Notes under the pieces: model-generated
What the model saw: the letters and a program-made list of their open reading frames with translations, nothing else
The model's database searches: none
What the model was told of the DNA's origin: nothing
In this document: piece after piece, positions 53,484 through 64,000 of the stretch
Numbering within the stretch: position 1 is the first letter of the stretch
Layout of the letters: every line of letters starts with the position of its first letter
Source: Octopus vulgaris
Taxonomy: Eukaryota
Length of the DNA stretch: 64,000 bases
Direction of reading: 5' to 3'
Assembly: GCA_951406725.2 (NCBI GenBank)
Contig: OX597818.1
Coordinates: forward strand, 50,716,001-50,780,000
Position numbers and translations under genes: made by a program

Positions 53484-53836
53484 GAAGCACTCCGTCGGTA
53501 ACGACGATGAGGGTTCCGGTTGATCCGAATCAACGGAACAGCCTGCTCGTGAAATTAACGTGTAAGTGGCTGAGCACTCCACAGACACGTGCACGTGACA
53601 CAGAGAGTGACAAGGCCGGCCCTTTGAAATACAGGTACAACAGAAACAGGAAGTAAGCGTGAGAGAAAGTTGTGGTGAAAGAGTACAGCAGGGATCACCA
53701 CCATCCCCTACCGGAGCCTCGTTGAGCTTTTAGATGTTTTCGTTCAATAAACACTCACAACGCCCGGTCTGGGAATCGAAACCGCGATCCTATGACCGCG
53801 AGTCCGCTGCCCTAACCACTGCGCCATTGCGCCTCC
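53484..53836 (-). mobile_element. tRNA-derived SINE (14017 family)
   Basis: Reverse complement of 14017-14407 with an internal deletion. Confidence 0.85.
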
Positions 53837-54132
53837 ACTCGGGTGGATTGTACTCACAACTGAAAAATATAGTTTGCTCAAACGCTCTTTCCACTCTGAC
53901 TCTGTTTAAGAATTACATGAGAACAGATGTCTGGGATATCTAGCCACTATATGATAATTGAATAAGTAGGCAACGGGATGAAGCAACTGACTCCTCATCG
54001 TCGAATCTGACGAAGATCCCTCCATAGTTGCGTGTGTTGGCACGTTTAAATGTATGTTTCTATATGGATGCGAGTATTATGTGTGTATACATGTGAGTAT
54101 ATGTATATATGTATATACATACATATGTATAC

Positions 54133-54163
<31 letters not shown>

Positions 54164-54206
54164 GGTGAGAAAGTTGGTGTGTGAAAGCACGTGGTTGGAT
54201 ATATAG

Positions 54207-54570
<364 letters not shown>

Positions 54571-54974
54571 TAAACGATACCAACACAAATGGCAGTTACA
54601 ATAATCAATAAACTGCAGAGATATTCTCAAGGAACAGAAAACCCTGCTCAATGAAAAACAGAAATCTGTTGTTTTAGGTCACAAGCGACGCAAAAGCACA
54701 AACCAAAGTTATGTCCCTTATTTTGGAACTGTTATAAGCGTTATGCCTACTTATTCATTGATCCATACAGAGTATCAAATATGGAAGAAAAGTGCCCAAA
54801 ACTTTGAAAAGCTGAATATCAGCGTAAACCGGATCCTGGTCAGCTACGTAGAGAATTTTAATTCTACTACAAAAGCTCTTCTATACTTTTCACTTGTTAT
54901 ATATGTCAAACTTACCTTATGAAAACAATTATTATTTGAAAACCTATTTATGTATTTTGATTAAAAGAATAATA

Positions 54975-55223
54975 AATGCACCCTTTTCAAGCCTAGCCAG
55001 GCTCATGGGCTCGGTTTCCCGGTTTCTATGGCGTATGTATTCACCAGCTGGACGGGACGCCAGTCCATCGCAGCGTTACTCATTTTTGCCAGCTGAGTGG
55101 ACTGGAGAAACGTGAAATGAAGTGTTTTGCTCAAGCACATAACGCATCGACCGGTCCAAGAATCGAAACCACAATCTTATGATCAAGATGCTGACACCCT
55201 AGCCACTAAGCCACGTGCCTCCA
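54975..55223 (-). mobile_element. SINE family C
   Basis: tRNA-like head on the minus strand; homologous to 3012-3144 and 28915-28975. Confidence 0.75.
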
Positions 55224-55565
55224 CATGCAAATTGATACATTGAATAAATCTATTTTACAAAAAAGTTAAACTTGCTTTAATTACACAAAAAATATGTGTG
55301 TATAAAAATTTGACGCACATTTTCAATATTCTCTCAGCATTTGTACTAATATCTATAAACTCGATGTGTTTACAGCTATCTGTATGCAGCGAGAAATTTT
55401 CCTTATGATGTCAGCATTTATTTTTTATTTTAAGCCTAGTACTTATTCTATCGGTCTCTTCTGTCGAAATGCTAATTTATGGGGACGTAAACACACCAGC
55501 ATCGGTTGTCAAGCGATGATGAGAGGACAATCACAGATACACAAACATATATATATATATCATTT

Positions 55566-55965
55566 CAATATTAAGGAATGGCCATTCGACTCACCAGAAA
55601 GAGCAGCCAAACTCAAACCGCTTTATATATTTTCCTTGGCTTCTTTGCTGACGAGACAGGCCAGATGTAAACAGATGTAATTTAATTTAATTAAATTGGT
55701 TTACCAAAGTGTCGAAACTATGCATAGTCCAAAGATGATAAGGGTAAATGTTTTTATTTCTCCTTTGGTTTCAGAATTACAACTATTTAGCGGTTTGAGT
55801 TTGGCTGCTCTTTCTGGTGAGTCGAATTGCCTATCGGGGCCATTCCTTAATATTGTTGAAATTATATATATATAGTCTGTGACTATTTTTTCTTTCTCAC
55901 TAGAACGCTGGTGGCGATAAATTTTTCTTGAAATTGTTGCTACCCTTATATTGATTAATTGATAT
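55566..55965. mobile_element. Foldback insert enclosing a hammerhead ribozyme, plus pLTR-like tail
   Basis: Arms 55566-55622 / 55789-55855; tail ending gctacccttatattg before (TA)n. Confidence 0.75.
55642..55735 (+). ncRNA. Type I hammerhead ribozyme motif (best-formed in the window)
   Basis: Stem I tctttg / caaaga; CTGACGA 55648-55654; stem II gaca/tgtc enclosing ~51 nt; GAAAC tatgcata GTC with palindromic stem III; predicted cleavage after 55729. Confidence 0.82.
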
Positions 55966-56184
55966 ATATATATATATTAGGTAGTCAAGAAAGCTTTTGC
56001 GGAATTCTTAATTTTGGTTTTAAATGATGTATTTTCAAATAAATTTTCGTTAAATTACTTTGTCTTTATATATCATTTTAAAGCCCGTTCTTCGCTCTAT
56101 CTAATCGTGTTACTCTTTTCGTTTTTAAATAATTCCCATTTTTGTCCAAAACGTTGAATACAACATGGACAAAAAGCAACATCT

Positions 56185-56420
56185 GCCGTGGATGTTCCAA
56201 TTACAATTAGATGTTGAACCACAATCGATCATTAGAGGAACACTTTCTTGCATTGTGTTGCAGAGCTCAAGTGCAGTAAAGTGCTCACCTGACGATGATA
56301 CGTTGGGATTCAGCATACTCTTGTACTTGGATCATCTAATGTAGAAGTTGCAAATATCCACGATGGGGAAACGTATGTAGGGAACATATTGTATAAACAT
56401 GTTTTATCATAATTTCTCCT
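56185..56420. mobile_element. Second, more decayed copy of the double-hammerhead foldback family (cf. 39599-39923)
   Basis: CTGACGA at 56289, GAAAC gtat GTA gggaac at 56368-56385; shares ggatcatc.aatg.ag with 39.8 kb; inverted half aaccacaatcgatcattagaggaaca. Confidence 0.65.
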
Positions 56421-57159
56421 ACATTTGCTTCAATATACTGGAAGCAGACTGGATGATACTCTACATGGAGCTCTAAATTCAACTGCAGCTGTCGTATATT
56501 AAACTGTACATACAAGATATACTATGTACAAACATGCACTCGAACGTATAGGCATGTTTGTATTGACACATTCACACACACACACACATACACATGCACA
56601 CACACACACACATGTACATTTTATAAAACTAGTCACGTTTCCTTTTAAACGGCACAGTATATGCCAAATTTGACAATTTGTCTAATTCTTTTCAGAAGGA
56701 AACGTGATTCGTTTTGTAAGTGTCAAAGACTTGTTTTACTCCCTTTCTCTTTTTTTCTTTTTCTATCTTTTTGTTTGTTTGTTTGTTTTTGATTTTGTAG
56801 TATAAACCGCCATCCTGCTCATCCAAATGTTGTTCACTTTGTGAGTTTTTGGCGACTAATTGCTTGGATAACCTCAGTTGATTGAAGATTTTCAACGCTA
56901 TTACATACATACACGCGTGTGTCTGAGAAAGAGGGAAATAGAGAGAGAAAGAAAGAAAGAACGAAAGAAAAACGGGAGAGAAAAGTGACAGATAGACAGA
57001 GTCTCTCTATGCAGAAGACTCCGCTGGGTCTTTCCCGAGTCATATTGTTGAATATATTATTGGATATCCAACACAAGAAGCACAAAACTTCAGTTCAGAC
57101 TTGTCACTCATTGGTGTTTCTTTGTCGCTTTCCTTGATTAGCCTTCTATTAACTTACAC

Positions 57160-58165
57160 TCGACAAGCATATAATCAAAGGTTTCCCAGTCAAATAATAT
57201 GCCTGGGATTCGGGTATCGAGTGTCCTTGAGCAGGTATATAATCAAAGGTTTTCTAATCGTGGTTACCCAGTCAAATAGTATACCAAGAACTCGGGTATC
57301 GAGTGTCCTTGAGCAACCATATAATCAAAGGCTTTCTAATCGTGGTTTCCCAGTCAAATAGTATACCAAGGACTCGGGTATCGAGTGTCCTTGAGCAACC
57401 ATATAATCAAAGGCTTTCTAATCGTGGTTACCCAGTCAAATAGTATACCTAGGACTCGGGTATCGAGTGTCTTTGAGCAACCATATAATCAAAGGCTTTC
57501 TAATCGCGGTTACTCAGTCAAATAATATACCAAGAACTCGGGTATCGAGTGTCTTTGAGCAACCATATAATCAAAGGCTTTCTAATCGTGGTTACCCAGT
57601 CAAATAGTATACCAAGGACTCGGGTATCGAGTGTCCTTGAGCAACCATATAATCAAAGGCTTTCTAATCGCGGTTACTCAGTCAAATAGTATACCAAGGA
57701 CTCGGGTATCGAGTGTCCTTGAGCAACCATATAATCAAAGGCTTTCTAATCGTGGTTACCCAGTCAAATAGTATACCAAGGACTCGGGTATCGAGTGTCC
57801 TTGAGCAACCATATAATCAAAGGTTTTCTAATCGTGGTTACCCAGTCAAATAATATATCAAGAACTCGGGTATCGAGTGTCTTTGAGCAGGCATATAATC
57901 AAAGGTTTTCTAATCGTGGTTACCCAGTCAAATAGTACATCTAGGACTCGGGTATTGAGTGTCCTTGAGCAGGCATATAATCAAAGATTTTCTAATCGTG
58001 GTTTCCCAGTCAAATAGTATACCAAGAACTCGGGTATCGAGTGTCTTTGAGCAAGCATATAATCAAAGGTTTTCTAATCGTGGTTACCCAGTCAAATAGT
58101 ACATCTAGGACTCGGGTATTGAGTGTCCTTGAGCAGGCATATAATCAAAGATTTTCTAATCGTGG
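57160..58165. repeat. 82-bp tandem array (~12 copies)
   Basis: Unit gagcaaccatataatcaaaggctttctaatcgtggttacccagtcaaatagtataccaaggactcgggtatcgagtgtcctt; starts at 57229, 57311, ... 58131. Confidence 0.95.
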
Positions 58166-58667
58166 CCATCTCGTAGCGTATTTAGACAGCCCTATTGCAT
58201 CCGAAGTGTCCTTTTATAAAAGGGTTTTAGGACGGATGATTCGGTTGTTACTTCCAGCATATTGAGCAACAATGTTAAAGTATATTGAATATAGTGACTA
58301 GCAATACGATACTTCAATTAAACAAGAATATCCTTTTGATAGGACAAAGGCGAATCAATCGATCCGATCTGTTATATTTAACAAACTCGAATGGCGGATA
58401 AATCTGTTTTTGTTGTTCATGATGGTGACATTGTTGTTTAAGCCCGGATTAAATCTGATCAAGAAAGCCTATAATCAAAAGGTATACCCAACGTAATCAA
58501 CCGATATTTTCATATATCTACGATTATAATGTTCAAAACATTTATGTATGTGTAAGTACATTTGTATATATATATATGTATGTACTCATACGCACATACA
58601 TATATAAGTATATACACACATATTTATTCACATGTGTGTATGTGCGTGTGTGTGTGTGTGTGTGTGT

Positions 58668-59018
58668 GTGGTTGTGTGGTAAGAAGCTTGCTTTGCAACC
58701 ACATGGCTCCTGGTTCAATTTCGCTTCGTAGCATCTTGGGTAAATACCTTCTAGTTTAGCCCCGGGCCAACCAGAGCCATGCTAGTGGATTTGGTAGACG
58801 GAAACTGAAAGAAGCCCGTCGTGTATATACGTGCGTGTTGCATGTGTGCATGTATGTGTATGTGTGTGTGTGCGTGCGTGTGTATGTGTGTGTGTGTGTG
58901 TTTGGCTTTATATGAGTGTCAGGCTTTATAAGAATAAGTCCTGGGGTCGATTCTTTCGACTAAAAACTCTTCAAGGCGCTGCCCCAGAATGGCCGCATTC
59001 CGATGAATAAAACAAGTA
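58668..59018 (+). mobile_element. SINE family B (deleted variant)
   Basis: Head, gtagacggaaactgaaagaagcccgtcg, internal (TG)n, aagaataagtcctggggtcg tail. Confidence 0.75.
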
Positions 59019-59059
59019 ATATATATATATACATGTGTGTATGTGTGTCTGTATGTATG

Positions 59060-59104
<45 letters not shown>

Positions 59105-59550
59105 ATGTATATATGTATGTATATATATATATATATATATTTGAACTCGACCACTGAGTTCAAATCCTGTAGAAGTCGATTTTTTTCGCCTTATTCCAAA
59201 TAATATGTTTATAATATGCTTTAGTCTAATTTATTTGCCTCTAGTTATTCCATGCTGATATTTTCAAATAAAGATGAACTGATGCTATACATGGTTACAA
59301 ACGACCGGAAATTTTAAGATCTTTACAGGTAAAAAAGAATGTTTTGAGCTAGGTGTGGGTGCTAAATGCCCTTGTTCGAAAATATAAGAGCACAGATCGT
59401 GTTGTATAGCCAACTGGACACGATGTCTCCTGGGGCTAAGTTACTGCAACATTCGTCCTAAACCAGGACTACCATGTTACGTTGGCAAATAATATTTTAC
59501 CCAAAATGAAAGTTATACTAAATATTTATTTACTGTGCATTTTCTTTACT

Positions 59551-59985
59551 TCAGTGATACCTCGCAGTACGAATTTAATTCGTACTGCGTGGACAGATGT
59601 ACATTTTTTGGAGAGCCTTGAGACACCCTTTGCTGTTGTAATGCCCTTGATCTCGTCCTTTTTCTTCAGTATGGTGCAGATCGTCGACGTGCTTCGATCG
59701 TATTGACGTGCAATATCCACTACATGCACTCCTCTCTCGGGTTTATCAACGATTTCCTTCTTCAATTCTATCGTAATCAGCTTTTCCTTCTTCTTAGCAC
59801 TGACCTTTGCACTAACCTTGTTAGTGACACATGGCTAACACAACTAATAATTATAAAATAATAACAAAAAAAACGCACAAGACTAAAAAAAACTAGGAAA
59901 ACACAAAAGAGATGCTGCCACAACGAGATAAACACGTTGAAGGAGTGGAGGTGGTGCTTGCTGGGAGAGCGTGTACGAGTTCACC
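59551..59985 (-). mobile_element. Tigger/pogo-like transposon remnant
   Basis: KLITIELKKEIVDK.ERGV.VVDIARQYDRSTSTICTILKKKDEI (CENP-B/psq-type N-terminal HTH); TIR-like cagtgatacctcg at 59552. Confidence 0.8.
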
Positions 59986-60004
59986 ACGTCAACTTTTAAA
60001 TATA

Positions 60005-60394
60005 CTAGCAGTATCGCCCGGCGTTACTCGGGTTTATTTCGACCCTTTAGAATTGAAATTTTTGAAAAGTAAAAATTTTGCATTATGTAGCTTGTTATTC
60101 TCTTTAAGTGAACATTTTTCTGGTTGAAATACACCGAAAAAAGGCGACACATCAGTCAAAAAATTATAAGAAATGGGTATTTTCATAGAAAAAAAGCACC
60201 ATTTTGATGTAAATAATTTTTGGTCTTAACATGGTCCGATTTGAAATTTTTCTTCAACAGCATGAAGAGCAAACCTTCTTCTATCATACTCTCAATTTTG
60301 GTTAACTTGCGCCACAGGGTCTCGGAGGAGATAGTGTTAGTTGAAGGCTACCAAACCTGCCATACACAGACAACTTCAGCTTTATATATATAGA
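60005..60394 (-). mobile_element. Non-autonomous Helitron
   Basis: Minus strand A|TCtatatatataaag ... hairpin cccgagtaacgccggg ... CTAG|T. Confidence 0.85.
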
Positions 60395-61024
60395 TTTTGT
60401 TACAACTTCACTGAGTTAAACATCTTCATTTGTGTCTATTCAACAAAAAGGATTACTGTTGAAAGCCATTAACGCTGATGGAAGCAAAATAAACATCTTC
60501 ATGCATATTTTATCTCATAAATATAAAACATGCAGTCGTTGTCGTTATTTAATCCCTAATCTCTCTTATGATAAATAGCATTTCAGTACAACTACCTCGT
60601 CTTCTTTTGAGGCATAGGGTGTCTGGCATATTACCTTCCGGATGACTTTCTTCCTTTTCGGCATCATCAGTTCGGAGAACGATCCCTGGCGACTGATTTT
60701 ACAAGAATTATGAGCCTGTCATGAATTTTCGTGCAAGAATACAAAAGCAGTTATTCATTGCTTTTCTTTGACTGATTTCACAAGAAACCTTGTTACTGGA
60801 GGTTAAAAGCTGATAGGAATAGACACAGACGCCAGTATTTGACTAGTGATTTATTTATCGATCCTCTAAAAGACTAAAGGGAACATTGACCTCAACAGTA
60901 ATTGAACTCGGAAAGCAGGGAAATGAAATGAAATGAATATCGTAAAGCATTCTATCCGACGCTCTAACGACTTTGCAATTTCGCTGGGTTTTTTTTTCTT
61001 TCTTATGAAAATAGGATATAATCT

Positions 61025-61356
61025 GAGAGAGGAGGAGAGCGAGAGAGAGAGAGAGAGAGAGGGAAAAGAGAGGGGAGAGGGGAGAGAGAGGGGAAAGGGG
61101 AGTGAGAAGGGAGAGGGGAGAGGAGAGTGAGTAGGGAGAGGGGAGAGTAAGGGGAGAGGAGAGTGAGAGGAGAGTGAGAGGGGAGAGTGGAGAGAGATGG
61201 AGAGGGAAAAGAGAGGGGAAAGGGGAGAGAGGGGGGAAAGGGGAGTGAGAAGGGAGAGTGGGAAGGGAGAGGGGGGGAGGGGGAGAGGGGAGAGAGAGGG
61301 GAGAGGAGAGTGAGAAGGGAGAGGGGAGAGAGATGGAGAGAGAGGAGAGAGAGAGA
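61025..61356. repeat. G/A-rich polypurine low-complexity tract
   Basis: ~330 bp almost entirely G/A with many G3-G7 runs. Confidence 0.9.
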
Positions 61357-62367
61357 CGGGATATTGGTCCACTAACTATATTTTGCCTGCAAAACCAGCA
61401 TATTCACATTCCGTTCGTTGGCTCGATAAGAACGAGGGTCTTGTGACTACGCAAAAAATCGATCATTAGTCATACCATGCGAATGAAACAACAGAAATTA
61501 AACCCCTTTTATTCTGTTACTTAGTTTCGATTTCTGTTCCAGTAATATCACTTGAATTACCATGCCAAAGCCTACCATGTTACACAATTTCAACAACCCC
61601 CTACTTCTCCCTTATCCGATAAATCTGACTATTGTTAAGCTTATAACAGTTATGTATTGATTGTGACAAGCATCGGACAAAATGCATTGCAGAATACAGT
61701 TACGGTTCTTTGCGTTCTGCTTTCTAATGGCATGAAGGTCAACGTTGCTTTTCATCTTTCTGGGGTCGATAAAATAAAGTGCCACTCAAGAAATATGGTC
61801 GATCTTTATTGATTGTATTCTCCCCCGATATTTGAAACCGCGTACCTACCTTATATATCAATAAAGATAAACGATATTCACTTACTAAGATGTTTTAAGC
61901 ATTCTGGAGGACACTCATATAGTATGCCTGCATACATTCATACATACAGACAGACAGACAGATATATATTTGTGTGTATCTATGTGTACGTGTGTATACA
62001 TGTATATTTGTATTTATATATGTGTGTACGTGGGAATGTAATATATACAAAGAGTTATCACTATGTTATATAAATGTACTTTGTTCAATGTACATATGAC
62101 AGTTGACAATTTATTATCGGTTGGAAGATATCAGCAAGTATCAGCTAACAGTTTATTTGCTGAAGTTATAAAGAAAATCTTCGAACTTTTGTTAGATTCA
62201 TTAGGCTGGGCTGCCACTGGCTGACGAGACACAATGATATCGAAACATCGGCTGCACTAATGAATAGAATATGTTATGAACAAACGTTCGTCGTAAAGAA
62301 GAAGCTGTCCTTTGATGAAACACAAAAGTGGCTAGCGTATTCACGTTGGGATCTGCAGGAACACATT

Positions 62368-62431
<64 letters not shown>

Positions 62432-63101
62432 TTCAAAATACGGTTTTAACCAATCCGCATGCATCTTAAACATCACGGTTTGCCATGCGTACCGATATTC
62501 TGCAATTTGTTTATATTTATATGCTAGAGATATTTTTTAATCCGCATCATTAACTGGTTGTTATATAATTGCTGTTACTTCCGTTCAGAACAGGTTTTAA
62601 CATTTTAATAAACCGCGTTTCTTTTATCCTTCTTCCAGCCTCATTTATGTCATGTAGTTTGTGGAAAGGAAAAATTAGTAACATTTTCTGGCCACATGTC
62701 TCTATATGCTCTCTCAATGGAATTTGGGGAACATTCCCTGTCTCGCCTATATATAGTTCCTCTCACTTCTGGCATTTAATTCAATAGATCATATTTCTCC
62801 TTTTGCAGCTCATATATGCATTTGCGAAAATCTGTCCATTTTTTGTTATAATGGATTTACCAGTATGCATGTATTGACACGTTCTTCATCTGTTATCATT
62901 ACGCTTCGATACCGTATTCTAAAAATTCGACTTGTTGGAGCGTTCTAAGAGATACTAAAGTGTCAAGAACTCAACTGTCAGCTAAACATATGTATGAAAG
63001 CGCTAATTTAACTTTATGAGCGTTACAAAATATATTTTCTTAATGTTAAAATAAAATATTAAAAAACGTGAAGACCAGGCCATGTTTTAACTTTATTCAA
63101 C

Positions 63102-63156
<55 letters not shown>

Positions 63157-64000
63157 TGCGTGTGTGTGTGAGTGTGTATATATGTGTATCTATGTCTGCA
63201 TGTACGTAATTATGTATGTATAAGTTTCATCATAAGGAGTTAGAAAAGTCGAGTGAACGTGAAATATTAGTTCGTTACGGTTGAACTCGAAGTACATAAA
63301 GCTATAAACAATAGTGTATAAATATTAGATTTAAAAACTTTTGAGTAGAATGTGTGTCACGTTTATAGATGTGGGTTTCTGTTCCATAGACACCTTCGAT
63401 TTTTTTTCATGGAAAGGGCTTTTAAACCCAATTTTTACATTTAACTATTTATAGCTTTATTTATTTCTAGTTCAACCGTTAAAAACGAATTATATATAGC
63501 AATACACGTACATTCATATATACACATATGCGTGTGTGTGCAAGTATATATGTATATGTGTATGTATATATGAAATGTATTTTCCACCTAATATTTTAGA
63601 TGTTTGATATTTGTACGTTACTCACTGTTTAATTTTCCTCCAGTTACATCATATTGGATAAATTTTAAGTATTTAACTATTCTGGAGTAAATACATAAGT
63701 ACTAACATCACCTGAATATATTTCAAAACTGAACAATACCCCATTATGTCTTGGAAATTTGATCAATGTCTCCTCATTGAATAAATAAGCATCGACATTT
63801 TAAAAGATAAAAGCCACCATTTCAGAAGTTTTTGAGCTCAACAATACAATATCACATCTTCATCAGAAACTGAACAAACGACGTTCGAGGAACACAATGT
63901 TACATGTTACTGAGATTTTATTTTATTCTCTCTATTCATTTCCTTATGTTAGCTGCCATTTTCTACAAAATATATGTTGTTAAATTGAATTGACTAACTT

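Noticed and set aside
57160-58165. CRISPR-like array (hairpin repeat at regular spacing)
   Set aside because: The sequences between hairpins are near-identical rather than unique spacers; no cas genes; eukaryotic context
60652-60675. Minus-strand CTGATGA tgcc GAAA
   Set aside because: No stem II or stem III possible; chance match
62213-62258. Hammerhead CTGACGA gaca..tatc GAAAC
   Set aside because: No NUH triplet or stem I complement; at best a decayed relic

Overview
AT-rich, microsatellite-saturated eukaryotic genomic DNA. The SINE families and repeat texture point to a coleoid cephalopod, most likely Octopus (inferred from recall, not from a search). Nearly all ORFs in the supplied track are microsatellite translations or decayed transposon fragments. 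The window is mostly dead mobile DNA: mariner, Tc1, maT-like and Tigger transposons, non-autonomous Helitrons and a Helentron-type HINE, several tRNA-derived SINE families, R4/Dong-like RLE LINE fragments in (TACA)n or (TAA)n, RTE remnants and an 82-bp tandem array. The only host-gene candidate is a TE-free island at ~44.6-45.95 kb ending in a 25-nt coding micro-exon (MSSSNITA + G/gtaagt), which would make the rest of the window intron 1. The most notable signal is a set of short non-coding inserts, mostly at (TA)n tracts. Many are foldback (hairpin plus tail), and many carry type I hammerhead ribozyme motifs with very short, mostly palindromic stem III and often a greatly enlarged stem II. 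There are five well-formed motifs and several decayed ones, including a two-copy family with back-to-back ribozymes. These look like Penelope-like pLTR derivatives or retrozyme-like elements.
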